Below are positions 17,373 through 28,208 of a DNA stretch of 32,000 nt, one piece after another. The position numbers and the translations under genes are program-made. The stretch is from Corynebacterium glutamicum ATCC 13032 (GTDB lineage Bacteria; Actinomycetota; Actinomycetes; Mycobacteriales; Mycobacteriaceae), in NCBI RefSeq assembly GCF_000011325.1, contig NC_003450.3, positions 1,410,001-1,442,000 of the forward strand, given 5' to 3'. The notes under the pieces are model-generated. The model did not search any database, was not told the DNA's origin, and saw only the letters and a list, made by a program, of their open reading frames with translations. The first letter of the stretch is position 1; every line of letters begins with the position of its first letter.

Positions 17373-18049
17373 TCACCCAGCCCGAAGCTCAGCAGTATGC
17401 GATTGCAGTCTTACCTGAATCGCACTGATGAGGGTTGCGTGGTGTTGATTGCAGATCTCAATCTCATGAGCCAGGTCCGTAAGATCCACCTGAGCAGAGG
17501 CTTTGATACGCTGTTCCACTTCGAGTGCTTTATCGCGGACCTGCTCCAATTGGAGCCCAAGTTCAGCGGAGGAACGCAAAATGTCGGAGTTATCGCTGTT
17601 GGAGGTGAGGAATTCTGACCAAGTTCCCAACACAGTGGTTAGGTGATTTTGCTCTTTGAGTACGGAGTTTCGGAGTTTTTCCAAGTCTTGATGAATAGCG
17701 TGGGCGTCAGTAGAGGTCGGGACAGTAAAGGCCCGCGGTACGATGTCTTCCCGGCTGAGGTCACTGTGTTTTTTATCTGCAAGCTGGTGCAAAAGTGAAG
17801 TCAAGGCCATGTGGGTGACTGGCGCCCAACGTTTTTCAACGCTGCGCTGGTGAAATCGACCAATAAATACCGTCGTGAGCAAAAAGTGACTAAACCAGCG
17901 GCAAGTCCGGACAGAATCACGATTTCTTGCCAGAATCCTGTGGAGATATCGATCCACAAAATGATGACAATGAGCGCCAGCGCGCCAATCACCGTGACAA
18001 CGTGCAGAGCGGAAGCCTTGCTCAGGAGAGTACGCATCGATTGCCTCAT
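17373..18049 (-). pseudogene. Frameshifted membrane-anchored coiled-coil protein (two overlapping ORFs, 18049-17801 and 17957-17373)
   Basis: The 82-aa ORF supplies 2 TM helices and then reads as nonsense. The 194-aa ORF in the adjacent frame starts as nonsense and then reads as a plausible protein. Adding one T to the T5 run (plus-strand A5, 17881-17885) gives a continuous ~225-aa protein …SGLAAGLVTF-LLTTVFIGRFHQRS…. Confidence 0.6.
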
Positions 18050-18156
18050 TTCAATTTGTGCCAGCTAGCAGGAATGACCTCGACCATATCCGACTTGGCC
18101 CGGGTGCGAGCGCAAAAGATTTTTGCTTTTCGACGTCCACTAGCAGCGATATCCAC

Positions 18157-18200
18157 AAAAGGAGGGCGTACCCTCACCAATCAGGTGCGGATACGCCCTC
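18157..18200 (-). terminator. Terminator of the uri operon
   Basis: Stem GAGGGCGTA (18162-18170) / TACGCCCTC (18192-18200) with inner CACC/GGTG pairing. On the minus strand it is followed by CTTTTG. Confidence 0.55.
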
Positions 18201-18220
18201 TAACAACCTTGTGAACAGGT

Positions 18221-19159
18221 CTATCCGATGCGCTTTACTGCATCGATCACCATGTTCCAGAATTTATCAAAGTCCAGGTCAACAGCTACTTGGGTGGTGC
18301 AATCTGCTGGAGCCGGTGCGCGGAAATCAGCAACGGTCATGCCTGTGGTGAGTGCGCCGTACAGCTCCACATCGAGTGGTGCTTTGCGGGTGGTGAATAC
18401 GGTTGGGTCAACAAGGTATGCAACAGCACAAGGGTCGTGTACTGGTGGGTTATCAAAACCCTGTGCGTCCTGGTAATTCTTGCGGAAAGCGTCGAAAAGC
18501 GCGACGACGAAGTCGGCGACGTCGGTGCCCAGCTCGTTGAACTTGGCTTCGATCTCAGGTGTTGCGAGCGCCTGGTGGGTAAGGTCGAGGCCGACCATAG
18601 TCAGTGGCCACTTTTCGTTGAATACGATGTGGGCTGCTTCGGGGTCGATCTTGATGTTGAATTCAGCTACGGCGGTCCAGTTTCCTACGTGGTAGCCCCC
18701 GCCCATGAGGACAACTTCCTTGACTCGCTCGGCGATGCGTGGTTCTTTCCGGACTGCCAGCGCGATGTTGGTCAGTGGTCCGGTGGGAACCAGCGCTACG
18801 CTGCCGGGCTCGTTATTCATGATGGTATCGATGATGAAATCCACCGCGTGGGTGTCTTCTACCTGCTTGGTTGGTTCAGGCAGTTCGTACTTGTGGATTT
18901 CCATGCCGGTATCGCCGTGGATATCTTCGGCTACCTCAACGGGGCGCACCAATGGTCGGGTGACACCGCGGTAGATGGGCGCATTGATATCAGCGATGGT
19001 GGCTACGACCTGCGTATTGTGGGTGACCTTGTCCAAGGTCTGGTTGCCGCCGACCGTGGTGATTCCAAGCAGTTCAATTTCTGGGCTGCCGGCTGCGAGC
19101 AGCATGGCTACAGCGTCGTCGTGTCCTGGATCGCAGTCGAGGATGATCTTGGTGGTCAT
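18221..19159 (-). CDS. uriH: Inosine-uridine preferring nucleoside hydrolase
   Basis: 312 aa with the N-terminal IILDCDPGHDDAVAMLLA (DxDxxxDD motif of IU-nucleoside hydrolases). SD AAGGAG lies upstream. Confidence 0.85.
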   Translation of the reverse strand: MTTKIILDCDPGHDDAVAMLLAAGSPEIELLGITTVGGNQTLDKVTHNTQVVATIADINAPIYRGVTRPLVRPVEVAEDIHGDTGMEIHKYELPEPTKQVEDTHAVDFIIDTIMNNEPGSVALVPTGPLTNIALAVRKEPRIAERVKEVVLMGGGYHVGNWTAVAEFNIKIDPEAAHIVFNEKWPLTMVGLDLTHQALATPEIEAKFNELGTDVADFVVALFDAFRKNYQDAQGFDNPPVHDPCAVAYLVDPTVFTTRKAPLDVELYGALTTGMTVADFRAPAPADCTTQVAVDLDFDKFWNMVIDAVKRIG

Positions 19160-19190
19160 AGGGTAAAACTCCTTAGTTCAGTTTGTGGAT

Positions 19191-20642
19191 TTAGCTGGCG
19201 GCTTGAGCGGCTTCTTCAGCCTGGACTTTGGCTGCCACTGTATCGGTGATTGATTCTGGGCGTGGGATCAGCAGGGAGCAGAGGAAGGCTAGGACCAAGA
19301 TGATCACGCCAGCCCACATGCCTGCGGCGTATCCTCCGCCGTTGTCACTGAATGCCGTGGAAACTGCGAAGAGGATGGCGAAGGAAATACCTGCACCTAG
19401 GTTGAAGGCACCTGCGTTCATGCCAGGCAGATAGCCTTGGTTGTTAGCAGGGGAGAGCACGATGCCCAGGCCGTTGAGCATGATGTTGGCAATACCTGCA
19501 TAGGTAATACCCACGAAGATGGAGATGCCGAGGTACGCGAGATGCGAGGTGCTTCCGACTAAGAAGGTGGCTCCGGCAACGCCGATGATGGTGGCAGCGA
19601 TACCAATTTGCAGGACGATCTTGTATCCAAATTTTCCGGCGAGAATTCCGGCGATTGGACCGAATACCAAGCCAGCCAGCGCATATGGGGTAAGTGTCCA
19701 CCAGGACACCACGCTCGCTGACATGCCGGCACCGTTGGCAGCATCCTGCGCAAGGTTGGGCAGCAGACCATTCATTACGGCGAATACACCGGTCATTGTG
19801 AGAAGGGTGCTCAGCAGCAATGCCCAGGTGCGTCGTTGACCGAGGTATTCAACACTGACCAGCGGGTGCTTAACGCGCTTTTCAATGTTGTAGAAGAAGA
19901 TGACTCCGGCGATACCGATGATGAACAGCACAACCACCAGAATCCAGTTCGCGGCACCGAGTTTGCCGGCCTCGTTGAAAGCCATGAGCAAAGATCCAAT
20001 GGACACCGCCAGTGGCAGCACACCAAGCCAGTCCATCTTCGGGGTTTCTTCAGCGGTGGATTCCTTCACGCTGAAAGGCAGTGCGAGGGCAGCGACAGCG
20101 CAGAAAGCAGCCATGACCCAGAAGATGGAACGGAAACCAAGTGTTTCAGCCAACCAGCCACCAGCAAGCGCGTCCACGCCGCCGATACCACCGTTGACAG
20201 AGGTAACAATTCCGAGAAGTAGCGCATATTGCTTTTCATTGGTTACCTGCTGGCGCAGAATGATCAGACACAGTGGCACGGTTGGGCCAGCAACACCTTG
20301 AATCAGGCGGCCCAGGAAGAGGATGGTCACATTCGGAGCAAAGGCAGCGACAACACATCCAATACCGGTGACAATCATCATGCCGACCAGCACTTTGCGG
20401 CGACCAATCAGATCGCCCCAACGTGGCAGGAACAGGGAAAACAGCGCCGCCGCGGTGAAGAAAGCAGTCTGCGTCATGCCGATTTGGGCAGCTGTTGCAT
20501 TAAGTTCAGTTTCCATGGTGGCCAGTGCCGGCGCCAGCATGGAGGCGTTGAGCTGGAAGGCGAATACCGCGACCAGCAGGGCGATCATCAATGGTATGAC
20601 TGTGGCGGCCGAGGTTTTACTCGGCTGAACAGGAAGTGACAT
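19191..20642 (-). CDS. uriT: MFS transporter (putative nucleoside/uridine uptake)
   Basis: 483-aa, ~14-TM ORF with the motif GDLIGRRKVLVGMMIV. Substrate is inferred only from its position between the hydrolase and ribokinase genes and from my recollection of the C. glutamicum uri operon. Confidence 0.7.
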   Translation of the reverse strand: MSLPVQPSKTSAATVIPLMIALLVAVFAFQLNASMLAPALATMETELNATAAQIGMTQTAFFTAAALFSLFLPRWGDLIGRRKVLVGMMIVTGIGCVVAAFAPNVTILFLGRLIQGVAGPTVPLCLIILRQQVTNEKQYALLLGIVTSVNGGIGGVDALAGGWLAETLGFRSIFWVMAAFCAVAALALPFSVKESTAEETPKMDWLGVLPLAVSIGSLLMAFNEAGKLGAANWILVVVLFIIGIAGVIFFYNIEKRVKHPLVSVEYLGQRRTWALLLSTLLTMTGVFAVMNGLLPNLAQDAANGAGMSASVVSWWTLTPYALAGLVFGPIAGILAGKFGYKIVLQIGIAATIIGVAGATFLVGSTSHLAYLGISIFVGITYAGIANIMLNGLGIVLSPANNQGYLPGMNAGAFNLGAGISFAILFAVSTAFSDNGGGYAAGMWAGVIILVLAFLCSLLIPRPESITDTVAAKVQAEEAAQAAS

Positions 20643-20655
20643 CAGTGTTCTCTTT

Positions 20656-21591
20656 TCAGTGAGTGGTTGAGGGGAGGTCAGTGGTCAGGGTGGGGTAGGA
20701 GGCTTGAGCGCCCGGCCTCGTGGCGGCATAAGCGCCAACGCGCGCAGCAAAAGTTGCCGCCTCAATAAGGCCAGCGCCTTCAGAGAGCTTTGCGACGAGT
20801 GCCCCCGCAAACGCGTCTCCACTTCCGGTTGTGTCGACTGCCTGGATCTTTGGGGTAGGAATTGCCGTGAGTTGGCCCGGCGTGCCAACCAGAGCACCTT
20901 CGGCACCAAGTGTCATCACCACGGAAGTAAAACCCTGCTCCAGCAATTCAGTGACCAAACTTTGGGGATCAGACGTGGTCGCTGGAGTTCCAAGCATGTC
21001 CAGCACCAGAGCGCCTTCGTGTTCGTTGACCAGCAATGGATCGGCACGACGCAGCTGATCATGTCCCACGGGCACAACTGGAGCCAGATTGATCACCACA
21101 CGTCCTTGTGAAAGATCAACGGCACGCTCGAAACCATCGGCAGGGATCTCACCCTGAAGCAACACAATGCCGGCGTTCTCAATGAGTTGGGAGTGTTTAT
21201 CAACAAATTCCGCGGTGACAGAAGCGTTAGCGCCAGGGATAACGATGATGGTGTTTTCCCCATCGTCAGACACAGTGATGATGGCAAGACCAGTGGGACC
21301 GTCCACAGTGGCAATCGCGGACATATCTGCTCCTGATTGACGCAAATGTGTCAGCGCCTCGCCAGCCATTTGATCGGTTCCGACCGCACCGATCATGGTG
21401 ACTTTGGCACCTAATTGCGCTGCCGCCACAGCTTGGTTGGCGCCTTTGCCACCAGCACTCACTGTGCCGCCGCTACCCAGGAGGGTTTCTCCAGGTTCAG
21501 GGTGGCGTTGAACTTTTGCGGTGAGATCGGCATTGATGGATCCGACAACGACAATGTCGGTACCGGTTGAGTTACTCATTGGGGAGTCCAT
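20656..21591 (-). CDS. rbsK2: Ribokinase (PfkB family)
   Basis: Motifs GGKGANQAVAAAQLG and DTTGSGDAFAGALV. SD AAGGAAGAAGG precedes ATG 21591. The start overlaps the 3' end of uriR by 20 nt. Confidence 0.85.
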   Translation of the reverse strand: MDSPMSNSTGTDIVVVGSINADLTAKVQRHPEPGETLLGSGGTVSAGGKGANQAVAAAQLGAKVTMIGAVGTDQMAGEALTHLRQSGADMSAIATVDGPTGLAIITVSDDGENTIIVIPGANASVTAEFVDKHSQLIENAGIVLLQGEIPADGFERAVDLSQGRVVINLAPVVPVGHDQLRRADPLLVNEHEGALVLDMLGTPATTSDPQSLVTELLEQGFTSVVMTLGAEGALVGTPGQLTAIPTPKIQAVDTTGSGDAFAGALVAKLSEGAGLIEAATFAARVGAYAATRPGAQASYPTLTTDLPSTTH

Positions 21592-22612
21592 CCTTCTTCC
21601 TTAAAGTGGAGTTGATGATTGATTCACGATGAATAAGGGCAGTGGGGATCGTAGTTTTCGTCACGCTAGGTACCGTGCCTGCAATTAATTCGGTGAGGAT
21701 AGACACTGCTCGTTGGGCTAGTTGTTCTACATTTTGATCAATCACTGTCAACGGATGAGGTTGCAGGGCAAAAAGCGGATGTGTATCAAAACCAATCACG
21801 CTGACATCCTTGCCGATAACCAAACCAGCCTTATGGCAGGCTTCAATGACACCGATCGTCATCATAGAATCGCCGGCAAAAAGAGTTTTAGCTCCTTGAT
21901 CGAGCAATTTCGTAGCGCCTTCAAATCCAACGCTTTGTTCGTACCCACCCAGAAAAACGAGCTGTTCGCCAATTTTGGAGTTGGCGCAGGCTGCTTTGAA
22001 ATCCTCTAATCGCTCTCTACCTGTTGAGGTGTCCATGGGACCTGAGAGGTAACCAATCGGCAACGCGTTGTTGTGAGCCAGGAGTTCTACTGCTGCGGCG
22101 ATTCCTGGTTGGGGGTTAGAGGTCGCCGTTGGGATGGTGGAGTCTCCTGGAAGCTCTCGGTCAACCAACACCACTGGCATTCCTTGCTTCTGCAAGTCCT
22201 CTAGTTGATTCGCGCATTCCTCATTAGGTACGCAGATGATTCCATCGACACCATGCGAGGTGAGAAACTCCAAAGACCCAGACATAGTGGTCGCATCTTC
22301 ATTGCTGTTGGTGATAATCGTGGCAAGTCCAGCTTTGCTGGCGGTGCTTTGAATTTCAGTAACCATTGCGGCGAAGTAATGGTTAATCAAACTGGGAACA
22401 ATCACACCAATGGTGTTGCTGCGAGAACTGCGAAGCGCACGAGCTTGAGCATTGGCCCGGTAACCCAGATCAGAGGCTAATTGTTGGATTCTTTCACGAG
22501 TCGATGCAGCAACCGCCGGATTATCCGCTAGTGCTCGTGATGCTGTGGCGATGGAGACACCTGCTTGACGAGCGACATCTTTAAGAGTCGGTCGGAATTT
22601 TTCCGTCGCCAT
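21572..22612 (-). CDS. uriR: LacI-family transcriptional regulator
   Basis: N-terminal HTH TLKDVARQAGVSIATASRALA followed by a periplasmic-binding-protein-like effector domain. It is the first gene of the minus-strand operon. Confidence 0.85.
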   Translation of the reverse strand: MATEKFRPTLKDVARQAGVSIATASRALADNPAVAASTRERIQQLASDLGYRANAQARALRSSRSNTIGVIVPSLINHYFAAMVTEIQSTASKAGLATIITNSNEDATTMSGSLEFLTSHGVDGIICVPNEECANQLEDLQKQGMPVVLVDRELPGDSTIPTATSNPQPGIAAAVELLAHNNALPIGYLSGPMDTSTGRERLEDFKAACANSKIGEQLVFLGGYEQSVGFEGATKLLDQGAKTLFAGDSMMTIGVIEACHKAGLVIGKDVSVIGFDTHPLFALQPHPLTVIDQNVEQLAQRAVSILTELIAGTVPSVTKTTIPTALIHRESIINSTLRKKDGLPNE

Positions 22613-22643
22613 AGCGCCTCGCTTTATCTCATTATCTACCTTT

Positions 22644-22672
22644 ATGTAATCGATTGCTGCAAACGATTACAT
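22644..22672. promoter_or_regulatory. Candidate LacI-type operator upstream of uriR
   Basis: ATGTAATCG (22644-22652) and CGATTACAT (22664-22672) are perfect inverted 9-mers. Each also overlaps a near-palindrome (TGTAATCGATTGC and GCAAACGATTACA). The site lies 32-68 bp upstream of the uriR start. Confidence 0.5.
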
Positions 22673-22749
22673 TCACTTGTGTTTTAACCTATTACGTGCA
22701 AGGCGATGTTGGCAACAGGGGTAGGAAGTGGGGGTGGTGATCCCGGGAA

Positions 22750-23550
22750 GTGAATAAGAAGGCTAATGATTTAAAACCGCACTTCATGAGACGTCGGGCA
22801 AAGTATGGGGTACTTATGGAGTCTCACGGGGTAGGTTCATCCACAACCCTTGCGAGACTTCACATTCCGCTAATGACAGGAGCCGGAAACATGCCATTTG
22901 ATCCAGTGGGCGAATGGGTAGCTAAATCCATTAACCGTGAACTTGATGAGTATCCGATGACAGAGGCCGAAGTGCTAGAAATCTGTTTTAGGCAAGGGCA
23001 GTACAACCTGAAGATGGAATACCGGATTTCAGGACGAAAGTTTCATGTAGATCGTGGATCTGCCGAATATTCACTACGTTTTAATCCTTGGACTTTAGCT
23101 CAAAGCGAAACCAGTACAGATGCTAATGGGGAAGAAACTACCTTTACGATGTCCCCGAAGTTGACCGCGGATGGTTGGTTCGAACCAGGGGAGGCGGTAT
23201 CAAAGTCCATTTTTATGGGCAGTCCTCAACTACTGCCTAGGTGGACGCAATTTGTCACCAACAAATTGTATTCGCGACTAGGGGAGGACCCGCTCAAGAT
23301 CACGATGCTCGACTCCAGGTACCTGAAAATTGTTCAAGCAGCAACGGAAGAGGATCCAGGGTGGGGTCTCTTTGTTGATTGGGTTCATGATTGCGGGCTT
23401 TATTTTTGTCGATACGGCCTGAATCGGGAGATGTATCAGGAGGTGGAGGCAACGTCTGTGCATCAATGGTTATCCGGCGAGACTAGTTTTCGTGAACTTG
23501 AGAGGGATGAAATTGGTGAGCTACAGATTGTGAATTCATCTACTGACTAG
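22750..23550 (+). CDS. Hypothetical protein (orphan), start uncertain
   Basis: 266-aa ORF from GTG. ATG 22891 (MPFDPVGEW…) has a good SD (AGGAG, 8-nt spacer). I recognise no motif. The gene is AT-richer than its flanks. Confidence 0.55.
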   Translation: MNKKANDLKPHFMRRRAKYGVLMESHGVGSSTTLARLHIPLMTGAGNMPFDPVGEWVAKSINRELDEYPMTEAEVLEICFRQGQYNLKMEYRISGRKFHVDRGSAEYSLRFNPWTLAQSETSTDANGEETTFTMSPKLTADGWFEPGEAVSKSIFMGSPQLLPRWTQFVTNKLYSRLGEDPLKITMLDSRYLKIVQAATEEDPGWGLFVDWVHDCGLYFCRYGLNREMYQEVEATSVHQWLSGETSFRELERDEIGELQIVNSSTD

Positions 23551-23587
23551 CTAAAGGTGGCTAGATCAGGAAAAGGAATGTGCGTAC

Positions 23588-23932
23588 TTGAGGAGGAATA
23601 TGATGTCGAAACTTCGAAAGACCATCCAGCTAAATCCTAACTATGGGTCGCCATTCGGACTGTGGTCAAGCCATCCCATTCGCCCTCCGTATCAGGGTGC
23701 CTTTTTAACGCCGGACAGCTTTCTCTTAAGTGAGGATCTGAAGGATCGAATGGCTGCGTGGCTGAAATTATGGCGAGAAAATTATGCGAATGTTGTTGAA
23801 GAAGAGTCAAACCAATGGACACTAGGTTTCGATCAACATGCTTGGGCGGAAGAGGGGCACGTTATTGCCGACTTGATTGAGGAGGAAGCTCCTGGTTATG
23901 AAGTTGTGAGAGGCTTTCTTTCCTACTTATAG
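23588..23932 (+). CDS. Small hypothetical protein (orphan), Trp/acidic-rich
   Basis: ORF with SD GAGGAGG (23590-23596). The likely start is ATG 23603 (MSKLRK…). It begins 38-53 nt after the preceding ORF on the same strand. Confidence 0.55.
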   Translation: MRRNMMSKLRKTIQLNPNYGSPFGLWSSHPIRPPYQGAFLTPDSFLLSEDLKDRMAAWLKLWRENYANVVEEESNQWTLGFDQHAWAEEGHVIADLIEEEAPGYEVVRGFLSYL

Positions 23933-24104
23933 AAAAACACAGTTGCATCGAGTCCGCGGGTTTCGCACGCTTGATCTAAATTCTTGAGGGTTTTCCGGCC
24001 GTTGTTTGCGCTAAACGTAGGGGTCAAGCGTCGAAAAGCGCTTGCTTGCACGCTGTTTTGCTGCGGGCCGCAACGTGTCCACCCTGTGGCGTATCCTAGA
24101 ATGC

Positions 24105-26204
<2,100 letters not shown>

Positions 26205-26334
26205 GTCAGCTTGCTCACTTAAAGCTTCGAAATAAGCCCTTAAACTCTCATTCTTTTGTTAGACTTGTTCACTAATTACAGACATCCAGGGGCTTAGATT
26301 TTTAACCCCTGTCATAAGTTTTTGGGAAGGTCAC

Positions 26335-26778
26335 ATGAGCGAGAATTACAGCAAGATTGTCGTTGGCACTGATGGATCTAAGTCGTCCCTTCTAGCAGTT
26401 GAACGAGCTGCCCGAATCGCCGCAGCTTTCGACGCCACTTTGATCATCGGATGTGCATACTACGAAAGCAAGGAAGACGCTTCAGAGACTTTGCGCCAGG
26501 ATTCTGTAACAATCCTCGGCGATGATCCTGCTCGTGAAAACCTGGACAAGGCAGCAGATGCAGCACGCGCTGTCGGCGCAACCTCCATCGAGACTGAGGT
26601 TCGTACTGGCACTCCAGTTGAGGCTTTGATGGCAATCGTTAATGATCACCAAGCTGACCTTCTTGTGGTTGGTAACCGTGGAATCAACTCTTTGACCGGC
26701 CGTTTGTTGGGTTCAGTTCCAGCTGATGTTGCACGCCAATCAGACTGCGATGTCATGATTGTTCACACCGTGAGCTAA
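26335..26778 (+). CDS. uspA: Universal stress protein (UspA family)
   Basis: 147 aa with IVVGTDGS…, LLVVGNRGINSLTGRLLGSV and CDVMIVHT. SD GGAAGG lies upstream. Confidence 0.85.
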   Translation: MSENYSKIVVGTDGSKSSLLAVERAARIAAAFDATLIIGCAYYESKEDASETLRQDSVTILGDDPARENLDKAADAARAVGATSIETEVRTGTPVEALMAIVNDHQADLLVVGNRGINSLTGRLLGSVPADVARQSDCDVMIVHTVS

Positions 26779-26790
26779 AAAAACCAAACC

Positions 26791-26836
26791 AAAACCGGTG
26801 TTTCCCTCCTTTTGCATTGAGGGGAACACCGGTTTT
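26791..26836. terminator. Bidirectional terminator between convergent usp and qorR
   Basis: 18-bp stem with one mismatch, AAAACCGGTGTTTCCCTC / GAGGGGAACACCGGTTTT. It is flanked by an A-rich run on the left and by TTTTGTGTTT on the right. Confidence 0.75.
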
Positions 26837-26865
26837 GTGTTTCTCGAGGAAAGTGCTCGGGAGTG

Positions 26866-27249
26866 TTAGTGCTGCTTATCGTAGATTTCTTGCGCCCTAA
26901 CTACCTGATCCAATTCAGCTTCCACAGTGCTGACTAGCAGGACTAAAGCGTCCGCGAGCTTAGTGCCCAAAGGTGTCAGTGTGTAGTCCACGTGTGGGGG
27001 AATGGAGCTGTGGACTGTTCGATCAACCATGCCGTCACGTTCTAGTTGGGCCAATGTCTGCGACAGCATGCGATCACTAATGCCCTCAACTTTTCGGCGA
27101 ATTTCAGCGAAACGCATCGGTTCATCACTGCGTTTGAGCGCCACCATTGTCAAAGACCCCCATCGACCAGTGACATGCTGCAACGCGCCACGTGAAGAAC
27201 ACATGGAGGAGAACACATTTGCCGGTTGCTGAATAGGGGAAATATCCAT
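26866..27249 (-). CDS. qorR: HxlR-type winged-helix regulator (redox-sensing QorR-like)
   Basis: 127 aa with the N-terminal Cys region CSSRGALQHVTGRWGSLTMVAL and the helix RFAEIRRKVEGISDRMLSQTLAQLERDGMV. It is divergent from an NmrA-like reductase gene. Confidence 0.75.
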   Translation of the reverse strand: MDISPIQQPANVFSSMCSSRGALQHVTGRWGSLTMVALKRSDEPMRFAEIRRKVEGISDRMLSQTLAQLERDGMVDRTVHSSIPPHVDYTLTPLGTKLADALVLLVSTVEAELDQVVRAQEIYDKQH

Positions 27250-27355
27250 GGCGATAATCCTATCCCTAAAAAGTTTCTAACAAAAGTATTGCACTTACTT
27301 TTTGATAGTGCTATCTTCAGTTGTGTACTTGAAACACACACGAATGGAGCAAGAA

Positions 27356-28204
27356 ATGCGTATTGCAGTAACTGGAGCAACGGGATCTTTGGGTGGACAT
27401 GTTGTGGATAGTCTTCTAAACAAGGGCGTCGCAGCATCAGACATCGTTGCCATTGTTCGAAATGAAGAAAAGGCAGCAGACCTCAAAGCCCGTGGAATCG
27501 CTCTTGGTGTGGCTACTTTTGAAGACGAAGCGGCACTGACTGCAGCTCTTGAAGGTGTGGATCGCCTTGTGTTTATCTCTGGCAGCGAAGTGGGGCAGCG
27601 CGTTGCGCAGCACACCAATGTCATCAATGCCGCTAAAGCAGCTGGCGTGACATTCATTGCATACACCAGCTTGCTCAACCTTGGTACCTCAAAGCTTGCA
27701 CTTGCTCCAGAGCACATTGCAACGGAAAAGCTCCTGGCAGAAAGCGGCATTGACCACGCGCTGCTGCGCAATGGTTGGTACTGGGAGAACTACGAATCTT
27801 CAATTGGCGCAGCGAAGGCCACCGGGAAGGTATTCGGCGCAGCTGAAGGCGCACGCGTTTCCGCAGCCGCACGTAAGGACTACGCAGAGGCAGCTGCTGT
27901 TGTCATCACCAGCGACAACCAGGCAGGCAAGGTCTATGAGCTCGCAGGCGCACCAGCTTTGACCTACCCAGAGATCGCAGCTGGCATTGGTGAGGTCATT
28001 GGTTCTGAGGCAGAATACGTCAACCTCTCCGTGGAGGAGTACCAAAATGCGCTGGAGCAGGCTGGCGTTCCAGCTGAATTTGCAGCACTTCTCGCAGGCA
28101 TGGATCCCATCATTGCAGAGGGCGCGCTGTACTCCGACAGCACCGACCTACAGGATCTCATCGGACGCCCGAGCACCTCAATCGTTGAGGCCCTGAGCTC
28201 ATAA
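27356..28204 (+). CDS. qor2: NmrA-like / atypical SDR NAD(P)H quinone oxidoreductase
   Basis: MRIAVTGATGSLGGHVV Rossmann motif at the N-terminus. ATG 27356 has SD GGAG 7 nt upstream. The ORF-track start at 27302 would add a non-homologous leader. Confidence 0.8.
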   Translation: MRIAVTGATGSLGGHVVDSLLNKGVAASDIVAIVRNEEKAADLKARGIALGVATFEDEAALTAALEGVDRLVFISGSEVGQRVAQHTNVINAAKAAGVTFIAYTSLLNLGTSKLALAPEHIATEKLLAESGIDHALLRNGWYWENYESSIGAAKATGKVFGAAEGARVSAAARKDYAEAAAVVITSDNQAGKVYELAGAPALTYPEIAAGIGEVIGSEAEYVNLSVEEYQNALEQAGVPAEFAALLAGMDPIIAEGALYSDSTDLQDLIGRPSTSIVEALSS

Positions 28205-28208
28205 CCTG

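Noticed and set aside
18290-19249. 319-aa plus-strand ORF antisense to the nucleoside hydrolase gene
   Set aside because: The minus-strand product has the DxDxxxDD hydrolase motif and a good SD. The plus-strand translation is motif-free and typical of antisense read-through in GC-rich codon-biased genes.
24025-24044. CAAGCG-TCGAAAAG-CGCTTG upstream of uvrB, containing TCGAAAA, which resembles the left half of the corynebacterial LexA SOS box
   Set aside because: Only the left half-site matches. The right half (GCGCTTGCT) does not resemble TGTTCGA, so I cannot support an SOS box from sequence alone.
26287-26311. CAGGGG-13 nt-CCCCTG hairpin after uvrB
   Set aside because: The stem is short, the loop is large and the T-run is displaced. 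It is too weak to call as a terminator with any confidence.
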